A DNA stretch of 64,000 nt from Lama guanicoe (lineage: Eukaryota). Below are positions 25,125 to 37,289 of the stretch, piece after piece. Every line of letters starts with the position of its first letter. Positions within the stretch are counted from its first letter, which is position 1. The notes beneath the pieces are model-generated. The model had not been told where the DNA came from. It was given only the letters and a program-made list of their open reading frames with translations, and searched no databases. The stretch spans positions 2,358,001 through 2,422,000 of the forward strand of contig MU053652.1 in the NCBI GenBank assembly GCA_013239625.1, written 5' to 3'. Both the position numbers and the translations under genes were made by a program.

Positions 25125-27196
25125 CCAACATACACTTGAGTTCCCAAAAACAGTTCCAAAGCCAAAGCTAGGATCCATGCAATGCCGACTGAACACAGCA
25201 GAACTGAGGGGCTGCAGGGGAAGAGGGGAGACGTTCGTTGAGAGCTTACTATGATGCCCTAATCTCACACGAGCATCGTGAAAACCTAGAAGGTGGGTAA
25301 TCATTTACCCACTTCATAGATGAGAAGAAAGGCTCAAAAAGCCCATCACTTCCCCAAGGCTAAGCAACTACCTGCGTGGCAGAGCGCGCAGGGCCCGGAG
25401 GCCTGACCTGCCCAACACGGGGCGGGGCGGCGGGGGGGCTGGTCTGAAGACCGTCCTGGGTGCATGTGTTAGCAGTGAAGAAGGAGCAGGGAGTTTGTGA
25501 AATGCCAAATTGAAATGGAGCATGGAAGGATAGGAGGCGTCCTCCGTATTGGATGGGATAAGAATCAAGGAGGAGAAAACACTGTTTAGGGGGATGAGTG
25601 GGACCAATGAGGGGCAAGGGCAGCCAGGTTACAGGACAGAGGGTAGTGAGTTGTAGAGGCTGGGAAGAGGGGGCTCTTGAGTGCCACACCAAGACATACC
25701 CCACCCCACCCCAGGGCCGGACAGAGTGGCCAGAGGGCACTGCTGTGGGTTTTAAAGTTGACAATGGCATGATTCTGGCAGCCAGCAGGGAGCAAGGAGA
25801 GTCCAGGGCAAGTCTACCAAGTTGGCAGGTTAAGGAAAGCAATGAGCAAAGTAATTTCCCTTATATTGTAGGTGATAACTGGAGGGGTCCTATACAAGTT
25901 TGTAATCCAACTGTTACCACTACCAACCCCTCCTCCAACAGTTTTATCTACGGGTTGTCATTTTTTTCTTTTATCCCAACTTCTGAAGGATCCCAGTGAC
26001 CCCCAAAGAACCCAGCATCCTGCAGAGAAGGGAGGGGAGGTCAGTGTTACCTAAAGAGGAAGTGAGGCCTGGCAGACGGTAGCCCGCACTGCTAAGGCTC
26101 CCAGAACACTGAGTGTCACTCTGTGTCTCAAAGATGTCTCAAAATGAGAACTCTACAGGCTCTCCCTCAGTTTCTCTTTACTCCCATAACATCCTGGAAG
26201 CTTATTCCCTTTTGTTCAGCCTCCAAAGGGGAAGGAAAAAGAACCTGAGCCAAGTGAGGGGTCCTCCTGAAGGCCAGAAAGTGAAAATGTTCCCACTGCC
26301 TGGAGTGGGTGGGGTGCATCCGCCCCCTGGAGTGGCCATCACGGCAGCATCTGCCAGGGGAAACGGTCCCCGCCATGTCCACGCCCCAGGCCACTCTACC
26401 ACCTGGGTTCACAGAACTGTCTTCCCACATGAGCACAAGAGCAGGAGGCTGAGCAGAGAGATTCCTGATTTCATTTCTCCTCAAATTCAAGCTTTTAGCG
26501 AGTGGGCAGCAGGCCAGGAGAAGAAAGCCGCCATTCCCATTCTCAGTGCCCAGGGAGCTGAGCCACAGGGTGGGGGAGACGCTGTTTGAAGGAGGCGCTT
26601 TAGAAATTCCTCGCATTTTTTGGCCTTTGTCTCTGGGTATTGAGATGGAGATCCATGTTTGCCTCTGCAGAGAGCTCTCAGTCTCTCCTCTGCATTCAAA
26701 AGGAAGATCCTAGCAGAGCAGAAAGAATTCGGAGGCTGTTTTCCCATCTCAATGACCAACTGAGTCCTTCGGGTGTAGGGGGTACTGCGGGGGAGACTGG
26801 TTTTCTTTTACTCCTTCACTGCATCTCCCTCTCTCACCTCTGGCCCCAGTCCCGGCCCCAGGTCATCAGTGATGTCAGTGTGATGCCCCTTTCTGAGAAG
26901 AGCTGTTCCCCAGTACTCTCAGGGTTCCGGGGGAGCATCAAAGGCACCTGTATGCTGGTAGAGACAACTGAGAGCCAGGACGCCTGGGTCCTGACGGCTC
27001 TGCAGGACCTCAAGCCCAACCACTGCGGACCTGATATCTCATTCCTCCCATCTCTCAACTTGCTGAAGAGTTTGGCCTTTGTCCTCCCAGTTTCCATCCC
27101 TGGAGTGGTGAGGGCACCAAAGGGAACAGTTACACTGAGACAGGAAGGGGGCAGGGCACAGCCATTCAAGAAACAACACAACAATTAACATCAAGG

Positions 27197-27756
27197 TGTT
27201 GGAGGATTCAGTCCCCAGGAGGACTTGAGGCTCAAGATGGTGGGAGATTTGACTTCCTCGAGCTTCATTATATGCTCATTGTAACATAACAGCATGGTAA
27301 ATAACATGCTCACAGGCACCATGACAGTTCCAAGGCTAGCCACAAAAGGTCAAAGAATGGGAAATAGCCAACTTCCTGGGAATCCCAGCCCCTTCCCCAG
27401 GGTAGTTAGTTAGATTGGTCCTTCCACTTATTAGCATATGAAGCTACCAGCCAGCCCATAAAAACTGACAACACCTCGTGGCCGCCTCTCTCTCCATCGT
27501 CTTCAGAGACACCCCGCACTCTCTGTATGGAGTGTGTATCTACTTTAACCTGAGCTCCCACCCCCCACACCTCATGGCTTTCTCTTGCCTTCTGAAACAG
27601 CCTACACTCTACGCAGTATGTATCTCTCTACGTAAACCTGACTTTACTCAACTGTGGCTCGCTCTTGAATTCTTTCCTGCGTGAAGCCAAGGACCCACAC
27701 TTGGAGGGGCATGTCCCAGGGGTTCCTCATACCCCACATCCGTTTTTCCTGCATCA
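27197..27756 (+). mobile_element. ERV1 solo LTR (MER41-like)
   Basis: TG...CA termini, with agg flanking both ends. Hallmarks: caccatgacagtt, ttattagcatat, ctctctgtatggag, gctcttgaattctttcctgcgtgaagccaagga. Confidence 0.75.
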
Positions 27757-28694
27757 AGGCCATGTTCAGTGTAAGCACAGCATTCATAAGAGACAGGGAC
27801 ACCATGGCCGGGGTCCATCAAGAGATTAGCCGGAAGGCCCCTTTGGCTGGTAATTTCAGATCCACATACCTCTCTGTCCAGCAGGGCACTGGCAGTTGCT
27901 GTGAACAAGATCCCTCCAATTTGAGATCTGCGTCCTTTCGTTCCCTCGCTGAACTGGCACCTTTCCCCCACCAGCGGCCATGCTGCATCCAAATCAACTG
28001 ATTCACAAAGCAGGTGTTGGAGAAGAGTGACAGGGGACCTTCATGCTGAGACTGATGCCCCAGCCTGCCCTGGCTTACCATCAGTTGACTTCCTCAGCTC
28101 ACTCCTTCCCTGATTCCAGGACTCCAGATCACCTATGCTCTGAAGCATTTGAATCATCGTATCTCCTTTGTGATCAAAATGAAACCTTTATCAAGGGGCA
28201 GGTGCCCAAATGAGGGGAGATCCTGCAGATAAAATGAAGCAGAAACTTCTTTGACAGTTCCCCGATACTTTCTCATCCAGCCCCAAGCAGAGACCCTCGG
28301 ACCTGTTGTCCGGTTTTGTCCCCACCAGCCCTCCCCCAGACATGATCTTCCTCCAAGAGGTAAAAAGAAAACTGACTTAAGTTAAGGGCAGCAGCCATTG
28401 GTAAATGAGTCTGTCCGGCCACCACTAACTCACTGCATGACCTCAGGCAAATCATTTAAACTCAGCCTCAATTTTTGCCTCTGAAAAATCAAAGGATCAG
28501 ACAGGAAGACATCCAAGGTCCCTCCCAGACATGACAGTCTAAATGTGAGCTCCACATCTTACCACAAGAACAACTCATCCTTTTCCCTACTTCAGCTGTT
28601 CAGGTTCTGAATCCAGTATCCAAATCCTTCATGGTCTCAACCCACATGTGGCGGCTGCCCGGTGAGAATCACAGGCAGAGGACAGCCACTCCTC

Positions 28695-29247
28695 TGAAAC
28701 TGAGCAGGACCCTGTGGGGCTCTCCCGGGTACAAATCCTTTCTGTGTCCCCGTTTCTTGTTTGTAGGGAATCAACTTCCTTCAGCCTCCTAGACCTTCCC
28801 TATGTTCAAAGGGCAGATTCAAACAGTTGCTAATCAGAGAAGTGAGGGAATGCAGAAACAAAGGAAGAGCAGTCTAGAAATAGGGGAAAGGTCCTGATGC
28901 CTCCCCACAGAACATACATAACAATATATTTGAGTTCTTCTACAGGAACTAAGGCCCCACCCACTGGGAAGATGGTAACTTCAGGCTGAGCCCAAGATTC
29001 CTGGAACACCTGCCTGGTTACTTCCGTACTAGCCAATCAGAAGGAAGTAACACACCCTGCAGCCCTCACCCCAAATTTTGCCTATAAAAATTTCTCACCC
29101 AAAACCAGAGAGTTCAGGTTTTGGAGGTACGAACCACCCGTTCTCCTTTCTTGGCCCTGCAATAAACCATTCTCTGCTCCAAATTCCAACTTTTCCATTT
29201 GTTTGGCCTCACTGTGCGTTGGGCACACAAATGTGTATTCAGTAACA
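28695..29247 (+). mobile_element. ERV1-type solo LTR
   Basis: TGAAACTGAG...CAGTAACA with perfect 4-bp TSD CCTC (28691-28694 and 29248-29251). Contains CCAAT, TATAAAA at about 29083 and AATAAA at 29161. Confidence 0.9.
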
Positions 29248-30219
29248 CCTCTGTACAACAGTGGGCTCCCCAATCAGACTAGCCATTTCTCCAGCCACTG
29301 AAGGTATCATCACACTGTTCCCAGAGGAGGGTGGGGTGGGGTGGGGGTCCCTTCTGAGAGCTAGGGCCATAGACTAAACAGACAGTTAGAACTCATATGA
29401 ATTTTAGCAAGTTCTCCAAAATCCTGGCTACACCTGCTTTTTTGTTTTTTGCTTTTCAACTTTGAGACATATATTTTCCTATGAAAAGGGATTATATCAA
29501 ATCACCTAGCCATAGCACTCACCGTCTCCTCTCCTGAAGATGACTTCTGACAACTACTTTACCGTAACAACCTGAACACCCAGAAAGATGGTTCTTTTCT
29601 TCCTTTTGTGCTAGACAACCTCACCCTCCTGTATGCAGTGTTCACTTCCACTACACTTGAGGCGCAAGCACTCTTCAGAGCTCTGCTTGTTTCACTGGCT
29701 GTGAGTGTGCCCCCATGTGTGTTGCGTCTCCCTGTACATATCTCTCTGGGTACGTGACTCCAGGAGATCTTGATCTGTCTCTCACTGTGTCTGTCCATGT
29801 GTGTGTACACGCCTGTGTGTTTATCCCTGTCTCCTTGATATCTCTGCATAGGTCTCTCTCGGTTGTTGCACAGATGATCCTGCTATTTCACTAAACGGAT
29901 CCTATTTTCTCCTTCCATTCACTGCCAAACTTCTTAAGTTTTTTCTGTAGGTAACAGGCTGTGGCTGGGCCCCCAGGGGCAGCTTCTGCTCTAAGCCGGC
30001 GTCTTCCTGGAGATCAGAGTCAGCACTACCAACCCTCAAAAGCGCAAATCCAACACCAGAGGCATTGGTGAGCAGTGTACATTTCACCAAAGTCTCCAGA
30101 GAATGACGGAGGAGAGATTATATACACCACATCATACCACAAAATTCAACCATGCTTCCTCATTAGACATCTTGCTTTCGCCTCAGAACTCTTCTGAAAC
30201 CACCACTTTATCTCGTAAT

Positions 30220-30690
30220 TCACACTAAATGGATAAACAGACCTCGGAAGAAACACCACAGCTGCAGCTCCCTTTAAAGACGCCAGGCTGCACCCCACGA
30301 GCTGCAGCACGTGGGCCACAGATGATTGGACCAAGGGAGAGCACCTGACCTGGGGACTGCGTCTCTATTGGCTGGCCAGCTGTCCTATGCGCTAGCTTAG
30401 TCCAAGAGCTTGTGATACCTGAACCAATCAAAATCGTCTGCTTAGGGAGTTTGGATGCGACGCAGAGCGGGAGCTGGTTGGTTGTCCGTGAGAGAAGTAG
30501 ATGACGCAGAGAGAAAAGCAAGGACGGAGAGAAATCCATCAGTGGCGGCAGAGCAGAGTCAGATCAGTGCGCTCCTGCTGGTGAGAGGCTGCAAGTCCAG
30601 GGCGGTGCACCCTGTGGTCCCCAGGACCCATCTCGCAGGCCCGCAGGCCACAATGGTTTCCTGGTAAAGCTTGTTAAAGGGGACTGTATG
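30220..30690. mobile_element. LTR16-like ERVL LTR
   Basis: gagcacctgacctgg...ctattggctggccagc...gaaccaatcaaaatc..gggagtttgg motifs typical of old ERVL LTRs. Confidence 0.5.
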
Positions 30691-31629
30691 CATTCCTGAA
30701 ACACTTCCGCGCCCTGAACCCCATCCGTGTGTTTTCGTACGGTTTAGGTGTGCTGCTCATGGGTTCTGCGGTACCCTACCTAGAGTCAGGATCTGTGCAA
30801 CTGAGGCGCTGGGTAAAGTGTGATTTCCAGATCTGAGGCTGGGAGGAAACATGACGCAGAGGCTTTGCCCTCCAACCATTCCTGCCTCAGACCCTCAGCA
30901 AAGACAGTTATGCCCCCAAGCCCCCTCCGCTGGGTGCCCCGTCAAGAGAAATCCCTGCGCCCTCTGTCTTTGGGTGATGAGGACCATTCTGAAGCACCCA
31001 CTGTTTTGTTGGGTCCCATGAGCCCACTCCACCCAATGTGTTCCGCTCTGACTGGGCCATACAGTTGGAGGGGATTGAAACTGGAGATGAATGTGTGGAA
31101 GTTTGTGGCTTTCATCTCTTAAACAAATAGCAAATTCCTTTGGCTGCCGCTGCTGGAATTAAACAATGATGTGTCGGGGGAGACTCTAAAGCGTTACCTT
31201 AGCAACTCCCAGGCTGTTTTCAGGCAAGATCTAGTTAAGGAGGAAAGCGAACAAAAATAATAAAGGGACGAGTCTGGATGGCGTCCAGGAATGGGGGTCT
31301 TTTGGCTGAATGTGTGTGTTTTGTGCTCTGACAGGTTTGCAGTCCTCCTTTCAACTAAGTTTTCCTCTCTGCTCTCCCAGTGCGTGTCACCGTTGGTGAG
31401 GCCGTCCACTGGAATACTAATGGGAAGGCTAAGAAAAGTCGGCGTGCCTTGTGAGGGATGGGTTAGAAAGGGAAACTGGGACCACCTAAGCGGGAAGTAA
31501 CGTGCTTGAAGCCTACCAGCCTGGCTCTCAAAATCATGAAGGTCATAGGAGGAAGAAGGTAAGTCTCTTCAGAAGTGACCAGTGCTGGAGCTTGGGCAGG
31601 ACAGAGGCCCGTATGGTGGCAATTCATCA

Positions 31630-31793
31630 GACCCTTGCTCTTCACAGTGTGGTCCATGGGCCAGCAGCAGAGGCATCACTTGGGCGCTTGCCAGAAATGC
31701 AGAATGTCAGGCTGCCACAGGCCTATTGACAAGGGTCTGCATCTTGACAAGACCCCAGGTGATTCATGTATGCACTGTTGTTTGAGAAGCACC
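31630..31793. mobile_element. MER5A/B-like hAT-Charlie MITE
   Basis: cagtgtggtccatgggccagcagca..ggcatcacttggg..agaaatgcagaat...aagaccccaggtgattc...tttgagaagcac. Confidence 0.8.
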
Positions 31794-31846
31794 AAGCGGG
31801 ACCTCAGTCTTTGACTCTCCCAGGTTCTTGCAAATCTGTCACTGCC

Positions 31847-31970
31847 TTTTTTTTGTTTGGTTTTTTGGGGGGATTAATGGTAATTAGGTTTATTTATTTT
31901 TAATGGAGGTACTGGGAATTGATCCCAGGACCTCGTGCATGCTAAGCACACACTACCCCTGATCTCCCCC
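31847..31970 (-). mobile_element. tRNA-derived SINE (Vic-1-like)
   Basis: ggtaattaggtttatttatttttaatggaggtactggg..cccaggacctcgtgcatgctaagc. Confidence 0.85.
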
Positions 31971-32095
31971 ATCACCACCTTTGTCGTGTCAAAACAGACT
32001 ACCACCCACACGAGAACAGGTATATCTTGCTGATCATGCATTTTGGTGTTTGCTTTTTAACACTAATTCTTTGTGATGGTGATGACATTAGACAC

Positions 32096-32529
32096 TGTTA
32101 GGGGTTGAATTGTGCCCCCCTCACCCCCAACTCCAGCAAAAGTCCTAACTTGTGAATAGGACCTTATTTGGAAATAGGGTCTTTGTAGATGTGATAAAGT
32201 TAAAACAAGATCATTAGGGTAGCCCTAATCCAATGATTAGGGTCCTTATAAGAAGAGGGAACTTTGGGTGCAGACACCAGGAGAGAATGCCATGTGATGA
32301 ATGAAGCAGAGATTGGACTTCCGCTGCCACAGGCCAAGGAATGCCAAGGGTTGCCGACAGCCGCCAGAAACTGGGAGACAAACCTGGAGCAGATTCTCCC
32401 TCTGAGCCCCTAAGAAGGAAGCAACCTACTAGCACCTTGATTGGACTTCTAGCCTTCAGAACTGTGAGATGATAAATTTCTATTTTTTAGCCCATTCAGT
32501 TTGTGATACCAGCCCTAGGAAACTCATAG
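32096..32529 (+). mobile_element. MLT1 (MLT1C-like) MaLR solo LTR
   Basis: gttgaattgtgcccc...gaccttatttggaaatagggtctttg..gccctaatccaatga..gccaaggaatgccaagg..gacttctagccttcagaactgtgaga..cagccctaggaaact. Confidence 0.88.
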
Positions 32530-35162
32530 AGAAACTTTCCTCCCAAAGTACTTTCACAGACAGGATCTTGTGAAAGCAGAGGCTGGATAGGCATTTAATT
32601 CAGTTTTACAAATAGGAAAGTCCCTTTGTTACTTCAGGAGGTCACAGGAGTGAGGCAGTACTACAGGACTGCAGCTGGGCCTGGCCCGGTGCTCTGTCAT
32701 GCCCAGTGGACCTGGGAAAAGGGCTCACCCACAGGGGATGTGGGCCTGCTGACTAGCTCATGCATCTGTCCCTCGGCCTGGACAGCTGCCACTGCGCCTG
32801 AGGACACTGAGTAAAGGGAAGACTAGTGCTACAGGGCTCACCATCTCCATCTCCACCATCTGCATCCCATGGACTCAAAGATGCCATCAGCAGTGTGTGT
32901 CCTAGCCCCAAAGTGGATGTGGCCCAAGTATGCATCCTTCTTGTCCTAAAGTTTGTATCTGAGTTATCAAATGTCACCTCCATGGTGACACTTTCCAGCC
33001 CCCCCAATTTTATTTTCCTCATGACACAACACCATCCATAATACTGCTGCTTCTTTATTTTATACTTCCTGTCTCCTTTACTAGAATGTATATTCCAGTG
33101 CCCAGACTAGAGCCTTGCCCATGACAGTTTCTCAATAAATAATGGGACGAGAACCTGTTCAAAATATTTTGTCACGTGCCTGTACTGACCCTGAAAGAAC
33201 AAGTTGGGTCCATACGCAGTCCACGGAAAGGTGGCTGTGATATCACTGAGGTGAGGGAGCAGTTTGCACCGTGATACACATCGTATGCTTCTGATTTTGA
33301 ACGTGTATCACAGAATACCTACTGCTGACTGTTGGCCGTGGCTACCTGTTGGAGTTGGGATTGGAGCGGAGTGCGGTGTGAGTCAAGAGCTGGGGATCAG
33401 GGCTGGCTAAAGGAAACGGGGCATAGGTCAGTTGCTTGTAGAGACAGAGAATTTGCTGAAGTCACGGGAGGAACATGGAAGAGGGAGACCAAGGACAAAT
33501 CCTACCTCCATCACCAAGGGCCAAAGGTCCACCGGGCCACAGGTCAGGGACTCTTCCCTCTCTTTATCTATTTGTGCTGCCTTTGAATTGTGCAAGCCCA
33601 GAGAGGGTGGCAGCTGGTAGGAATCTACCGAGAAAGCAACCCTTCTGCTCCTACGTGACATAACAGAGGAGTCCCCAAGGACTGTTAGGCTCTTTGCTGA
33701 AAGCCAGTAACGGAAATGATGGCAAGTGGGTGAGGCAGCCCCCAGCTGCGGGGCGCAGGCGGGTCTGGTGGGTGGTTTAGGATAGGAAAGAGAATGACCA
33801 GGAGATACGCTGAGAAAGCCAGCCAGGAGCTACCACCACCCCGCCTTATCTCTCCACCCCTATGACCATGAGGAGGAGCACACACTGGGGGAATGCGCAT
33901 CTCTCTATTTCTCTGTCACATAAAGAAGGAGAAGCAGGGGTTCCTGCCCTCAAGGGGACTGCAGTTTGACAGGGGCTTTTTAAAGTCCAGGATAGGCTCC
34001 CCCACTCACTGCCAACTAAGTTGTAGAAAGAGAAATCACCCCGCTGCCACCTCCCCACCCCCCAAACTCCCCCCAAGACGGCAACTGTTTTAGCTGCTCC
34101 TCCCACAGATTTCCTACACTTGGCCAAACTGCTCTTCCTTATACAGGCCCAGGCTCTCCTGCCTCTGAGCCTTTGTTTAGCTTCTAGCTGTTTCCTCTGA
34201 GTACAGGGCACCTCCCTCCTCCTTCCCGCTGACCTCTCTGGTCCAGACAGAAGAAGCCGGGGGTTCCCCCTTCAGCCAGCCCTTAGGAGGCTCTGGGCCC
34301 CCGTACAGTGCCAGCCTGGACTCTGACTCTAGGTCTGTTGAACTGGTCCCTAAACCACTTAACCTTGTTGTCCCTACGCAGAAAACAGTTAGAGCAGAGC
34401 TCCTGCGAGGACTGAAGGCAGTAGCACGTGTAGAGAACACCCCTGGTGCCAGAGGCATTAAAGATGCTCAGTAAAAGGCAGGGTTGTTATATCAGAGTGT
34501 GCTCTGTTCCCAGCACCACACTGGGGGAAATAAAGACCAGTGAGCCGAGGTTGCACCTTCCCACCAGAGGCCAGCGATGTGCTCGGAGAAGTGAGACAGG
34601 CCTGCAGGGAGAAAACTGGGAGGGAAGTGCCAAGTCTTAATAACTAGGCAGCACGGAGGCCTCACATACTCTCGGCTGCAGCACCCAGCCTTGCCCAGGA
34701 AGCATCCAGCAGCACCTGTCAGATGCACCTGTGACCGTTCTGCCCCAGGGCTCCTCTGTGACCAGGACAGGCACTCTGGACACTCAAAACAGGTTGCTGA
34801 CGGGAGATGGGAGCTGCTAGATGAACGCTGTCCTGTTCTTCCCGGGACGTTTCTGAGACCCATTCTGTGTGGTCCTCAGAGGTCCCAGCAGGATGGAGCC
34901 CTGGCTGCCATAGCAGCGTCCAGCCGGAATACTCATCCTTAGGTTGGCCTGCCCTCCTTCTGCATTCAGTCTCTTCAGCCCTTGGCTCCTGCTCTCTGGG
35001 ATCACTTCCCAAAATGCGCCACCTGGATCCAGGTCTCAGGCTTTCCCAGAGGGAGCCGAGTTTAAGACAACTGTGCTGCAGTGTCCAGGGCGTGGGTTGG
35101 GGCTTCGAGCTGGAGTAGGTGCCCCCCTCTCCCAGGGGTGGCACCTGCTCATCTACTCTCTG

Positions 35163-35685
35163 TGTACTGGTCAGGTTGTCCAGAGAGGCGGAACCAGTGG
35201 GATATGTAATGGATATATGAGGGGATTTATGATGGGAATTGGCTCTTGCCATGATGGACGCTGAGAAGCCCCATGATCTGTCTGCAAAGGGCAGAACCAG
35301 GAAAGCCGGTGGGTAATTCAGCCTGAGGCTGAAGGCCTGAGAATAGGGTTGGGGTGGTGCAGGTGGTCTAAGTCCTGGTTTTAGTCTGAAAGCCTGGGAA
35401 CCAGGAGCACCCATGACCTATGTCCAAGGGCAGGAGGGGATGGACACATCACCTCAAACAGAGACAGCAAATCCTCCACCTTTTTATTCTGTCCAGGCTC
35501 TCATTTGGATTGGGTGATCCTCGCCCACATTGGTGATGGCATCTTTACTGAGTCTGCGGATTCACATACTAACCTACCAATCTCTTCTAGAGATACCTTC
35601 ATAGACACACCCAGAAATAAAGTTTTACCGGCTCTCTGGGCATCCCTCAGCCCAGTCACATTGGTACATAAAACTAACTCCCACA
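35163..35685 (-). mobile_element. MLT2 (MLT2B-like) ERVL solo LTR
   Basis: tccagagaggcggaaccagtggga...gggaattggctc..gctgagaag...gcccacattggtga...agacacacccagaaataa...gcccagtca. Confidence 0.85.
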
Positions 35686-35721
35686 CGTGGGGTTGCTGTA
35701 AAGATCACTTGAGAGAGATGG

Positions 35722-35945
35722 ATTAGCACAGAAGTTGAGGACAGTCTCTGAAGCCAGGCGCTCAGATTCTTCAACTTGTTACCTGTGTGTCACTTAGAAG
35801 TTACCCAACCCCTCTGTGCCTCAGTTTCCTCAAATGTAACGTGGGGATGGTAATAACGGTACCTCCTGGTGTTGTTACAAAGACTGAATGAGTTAATCGG
35901 GGTTAAGCAGTGTGCAGTACCCAGAATGGTCTCCACCTAGTAAGA
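35722..35945 (+). mobile_element. MIR SINE
   Basis: cctctgtgcctcagtttcctcaaatgtaacgtggggatggtaata core. Confidence 0.8.
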
Positions 35946-36019
35946 CAGTGTCTGCAAAGCACTTTGTAGGGTTCTGTCACCTTGGAGAATATTAGCTAAA
36001 GGTGAGTATAAGGTTAGTA

Positions 36020-36430
36020 CCAGAAAACCTGGGAAAATGTTTTTGTGACTTAGAAACCGGAAAGCACATCTTAAAACTTCAGAAGCACACACCAAAATTT
36101 AAAAGATTGATTTTGATGGGATCAAAATGAAGGCTTCACTGCCATTGAAAGATACCAGGAACAAAATTAGGTGATGGAGGACAGAGTGGGAGATGTTCTA
36201 AAACCAGCGCAGATTTTATTCCAATTCTAAGTATACTCTGATACCTGGAATACACAAAGGACTTATAGAAATCAGCAAGGAGGGGGCTGCAATCCCAACA
36301 GAAAACAGGCAAGAGTGTGAACAAACTATAGGAAAAGAAACCCCCAGAGGTCAGGAGCACACGAAGCGCATAGTGGTGGGTAAGAGAGACATGCAAGCTG
36401 GGAACCTGAGGTGCCGCCATTCTGGAGAGC
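36020..36430 (+). mobile_element. Old LINE-1 (L1ME/MD-like) ORF2 3' fragment
   Basis: A-rich degenerate L1 motifs (aaaagattgattttgatgggatcaaaatga; gaatacacaaaggacttatagaaatcagcaag). Confidence 0.55.
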
Positions 36431-36659
36431 AGCGTGGCTGTGCCGGGGCCAGGCCCCAGGCTCGGGCTGCTGGGAATCCAGCCCAAAGGAGTCCTCACCC
36501 AGGTCCATGAGGGGCCATGCACTAAATGCTCACTGCAGTGTTACCTCCTGTGGGGCGAAAGAGGCCAGAGGGGCTGGACTGAGCCATCTCCTGACTCTGA
36601 GTCTAAATGATGCTCTGTCAGTATTTCCTCTTGCTACTGTAGTCTAGTTAAGAGGAAAC

Positions 36660-36945
36660 GGTGAGGGTGGGGGTTGGGGGAAGGGATAAACTGGGAGTTT
36701 GAGATTTGCAGACACTGACTGGTATATATAAAATAAACAAACAAGTTATACTGTATAGCACAAGGAAATATATTCAATATCTTATAGTAGATTATGGAGA
36801 AAAAATGTGAAAATGATTATATGTCTATTCATGTATGACTGAAGATTTGTGCTGTATACCAGGAATTGACACAACATTGCAAACTGATTATACCTCAATA
36901 AAAAAAATTAAAGAGAGGATTACAGAAGTGAGAAAAAAAAAAAAA
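36660..36945 (+). mobile_element. Young 5'-truncated LINE-1 3' end with two A tracts
   Basis: gggataaactgggagtttgagatttgcaga...aattgacacaacattgcaaactgattatacctcaataaaa, flanked by aagaggaaac / aaaaggaaac. Confidence 0.85.
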
Positions 36946-36952
36946 GGAAACA

Positions 36953-37077
36953 GGGGGAGGATAGCTCAGTGATGGAGTGCATGCTTAAGATGCATGAGGT
37001 CCTGGGTTCGATCCCCCTCCATTAAAAGAATAAACCTAATTAGCCTCCTTTCAAAATAAAAAAATAAATAAATAAAT
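36953..37077 (+). mobile_element. tRNA-derived SINE (Vic-1-like)
   Basis: gggggaggatagctcagtgatgg (A box), ggttcgatcc (B box), aataaacctaatta and a (taaa)n tail. TSD aggaaaca on both sides. Confidence 0.9.
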
Positions 37078-37289
37078 AAGAGGAAACAAAAACCTGTAGT
37101 GGGGAGGGACAGGAGAAGAGAAATCAGGACAAGAAAGGAGGAACAGAACAAATGTGGTCAGTGCCTGGATTTCCAAGTGGGTGCAGGGCAGCGGGAGGAG
37201 GCTGGGGTTTGAAGGCGGGGTGCAGGGAGGATGGCAGGGCCCGCAGGAGAGTCGAGAACAGAGGTGCAGAGCCTGGCCTGACCACAAGA

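Noticed and set aside
23850..29247. Two same-family, same-orientation LTRs as the ends of one provirus
   Set aside because: The second LTR has its own CCTC TSD on both sides and the copies differ by large indels. The interval holds MER5A, MIR and other LTRs, with no PBS or gag/pol/env remnants.
33340..33660. Possible additional old LTR
   Set aside because: Has an LTR-like texture but no family hallmark, termini or TSD that I could support.
36953..37025. tRNA gene
   Set aside because: A and B boxes are present, but it continues into a SINE-specific tail with A-rich repeats and a TSD, has four dispersed relatives here, and the acceptor stem is degenerate.
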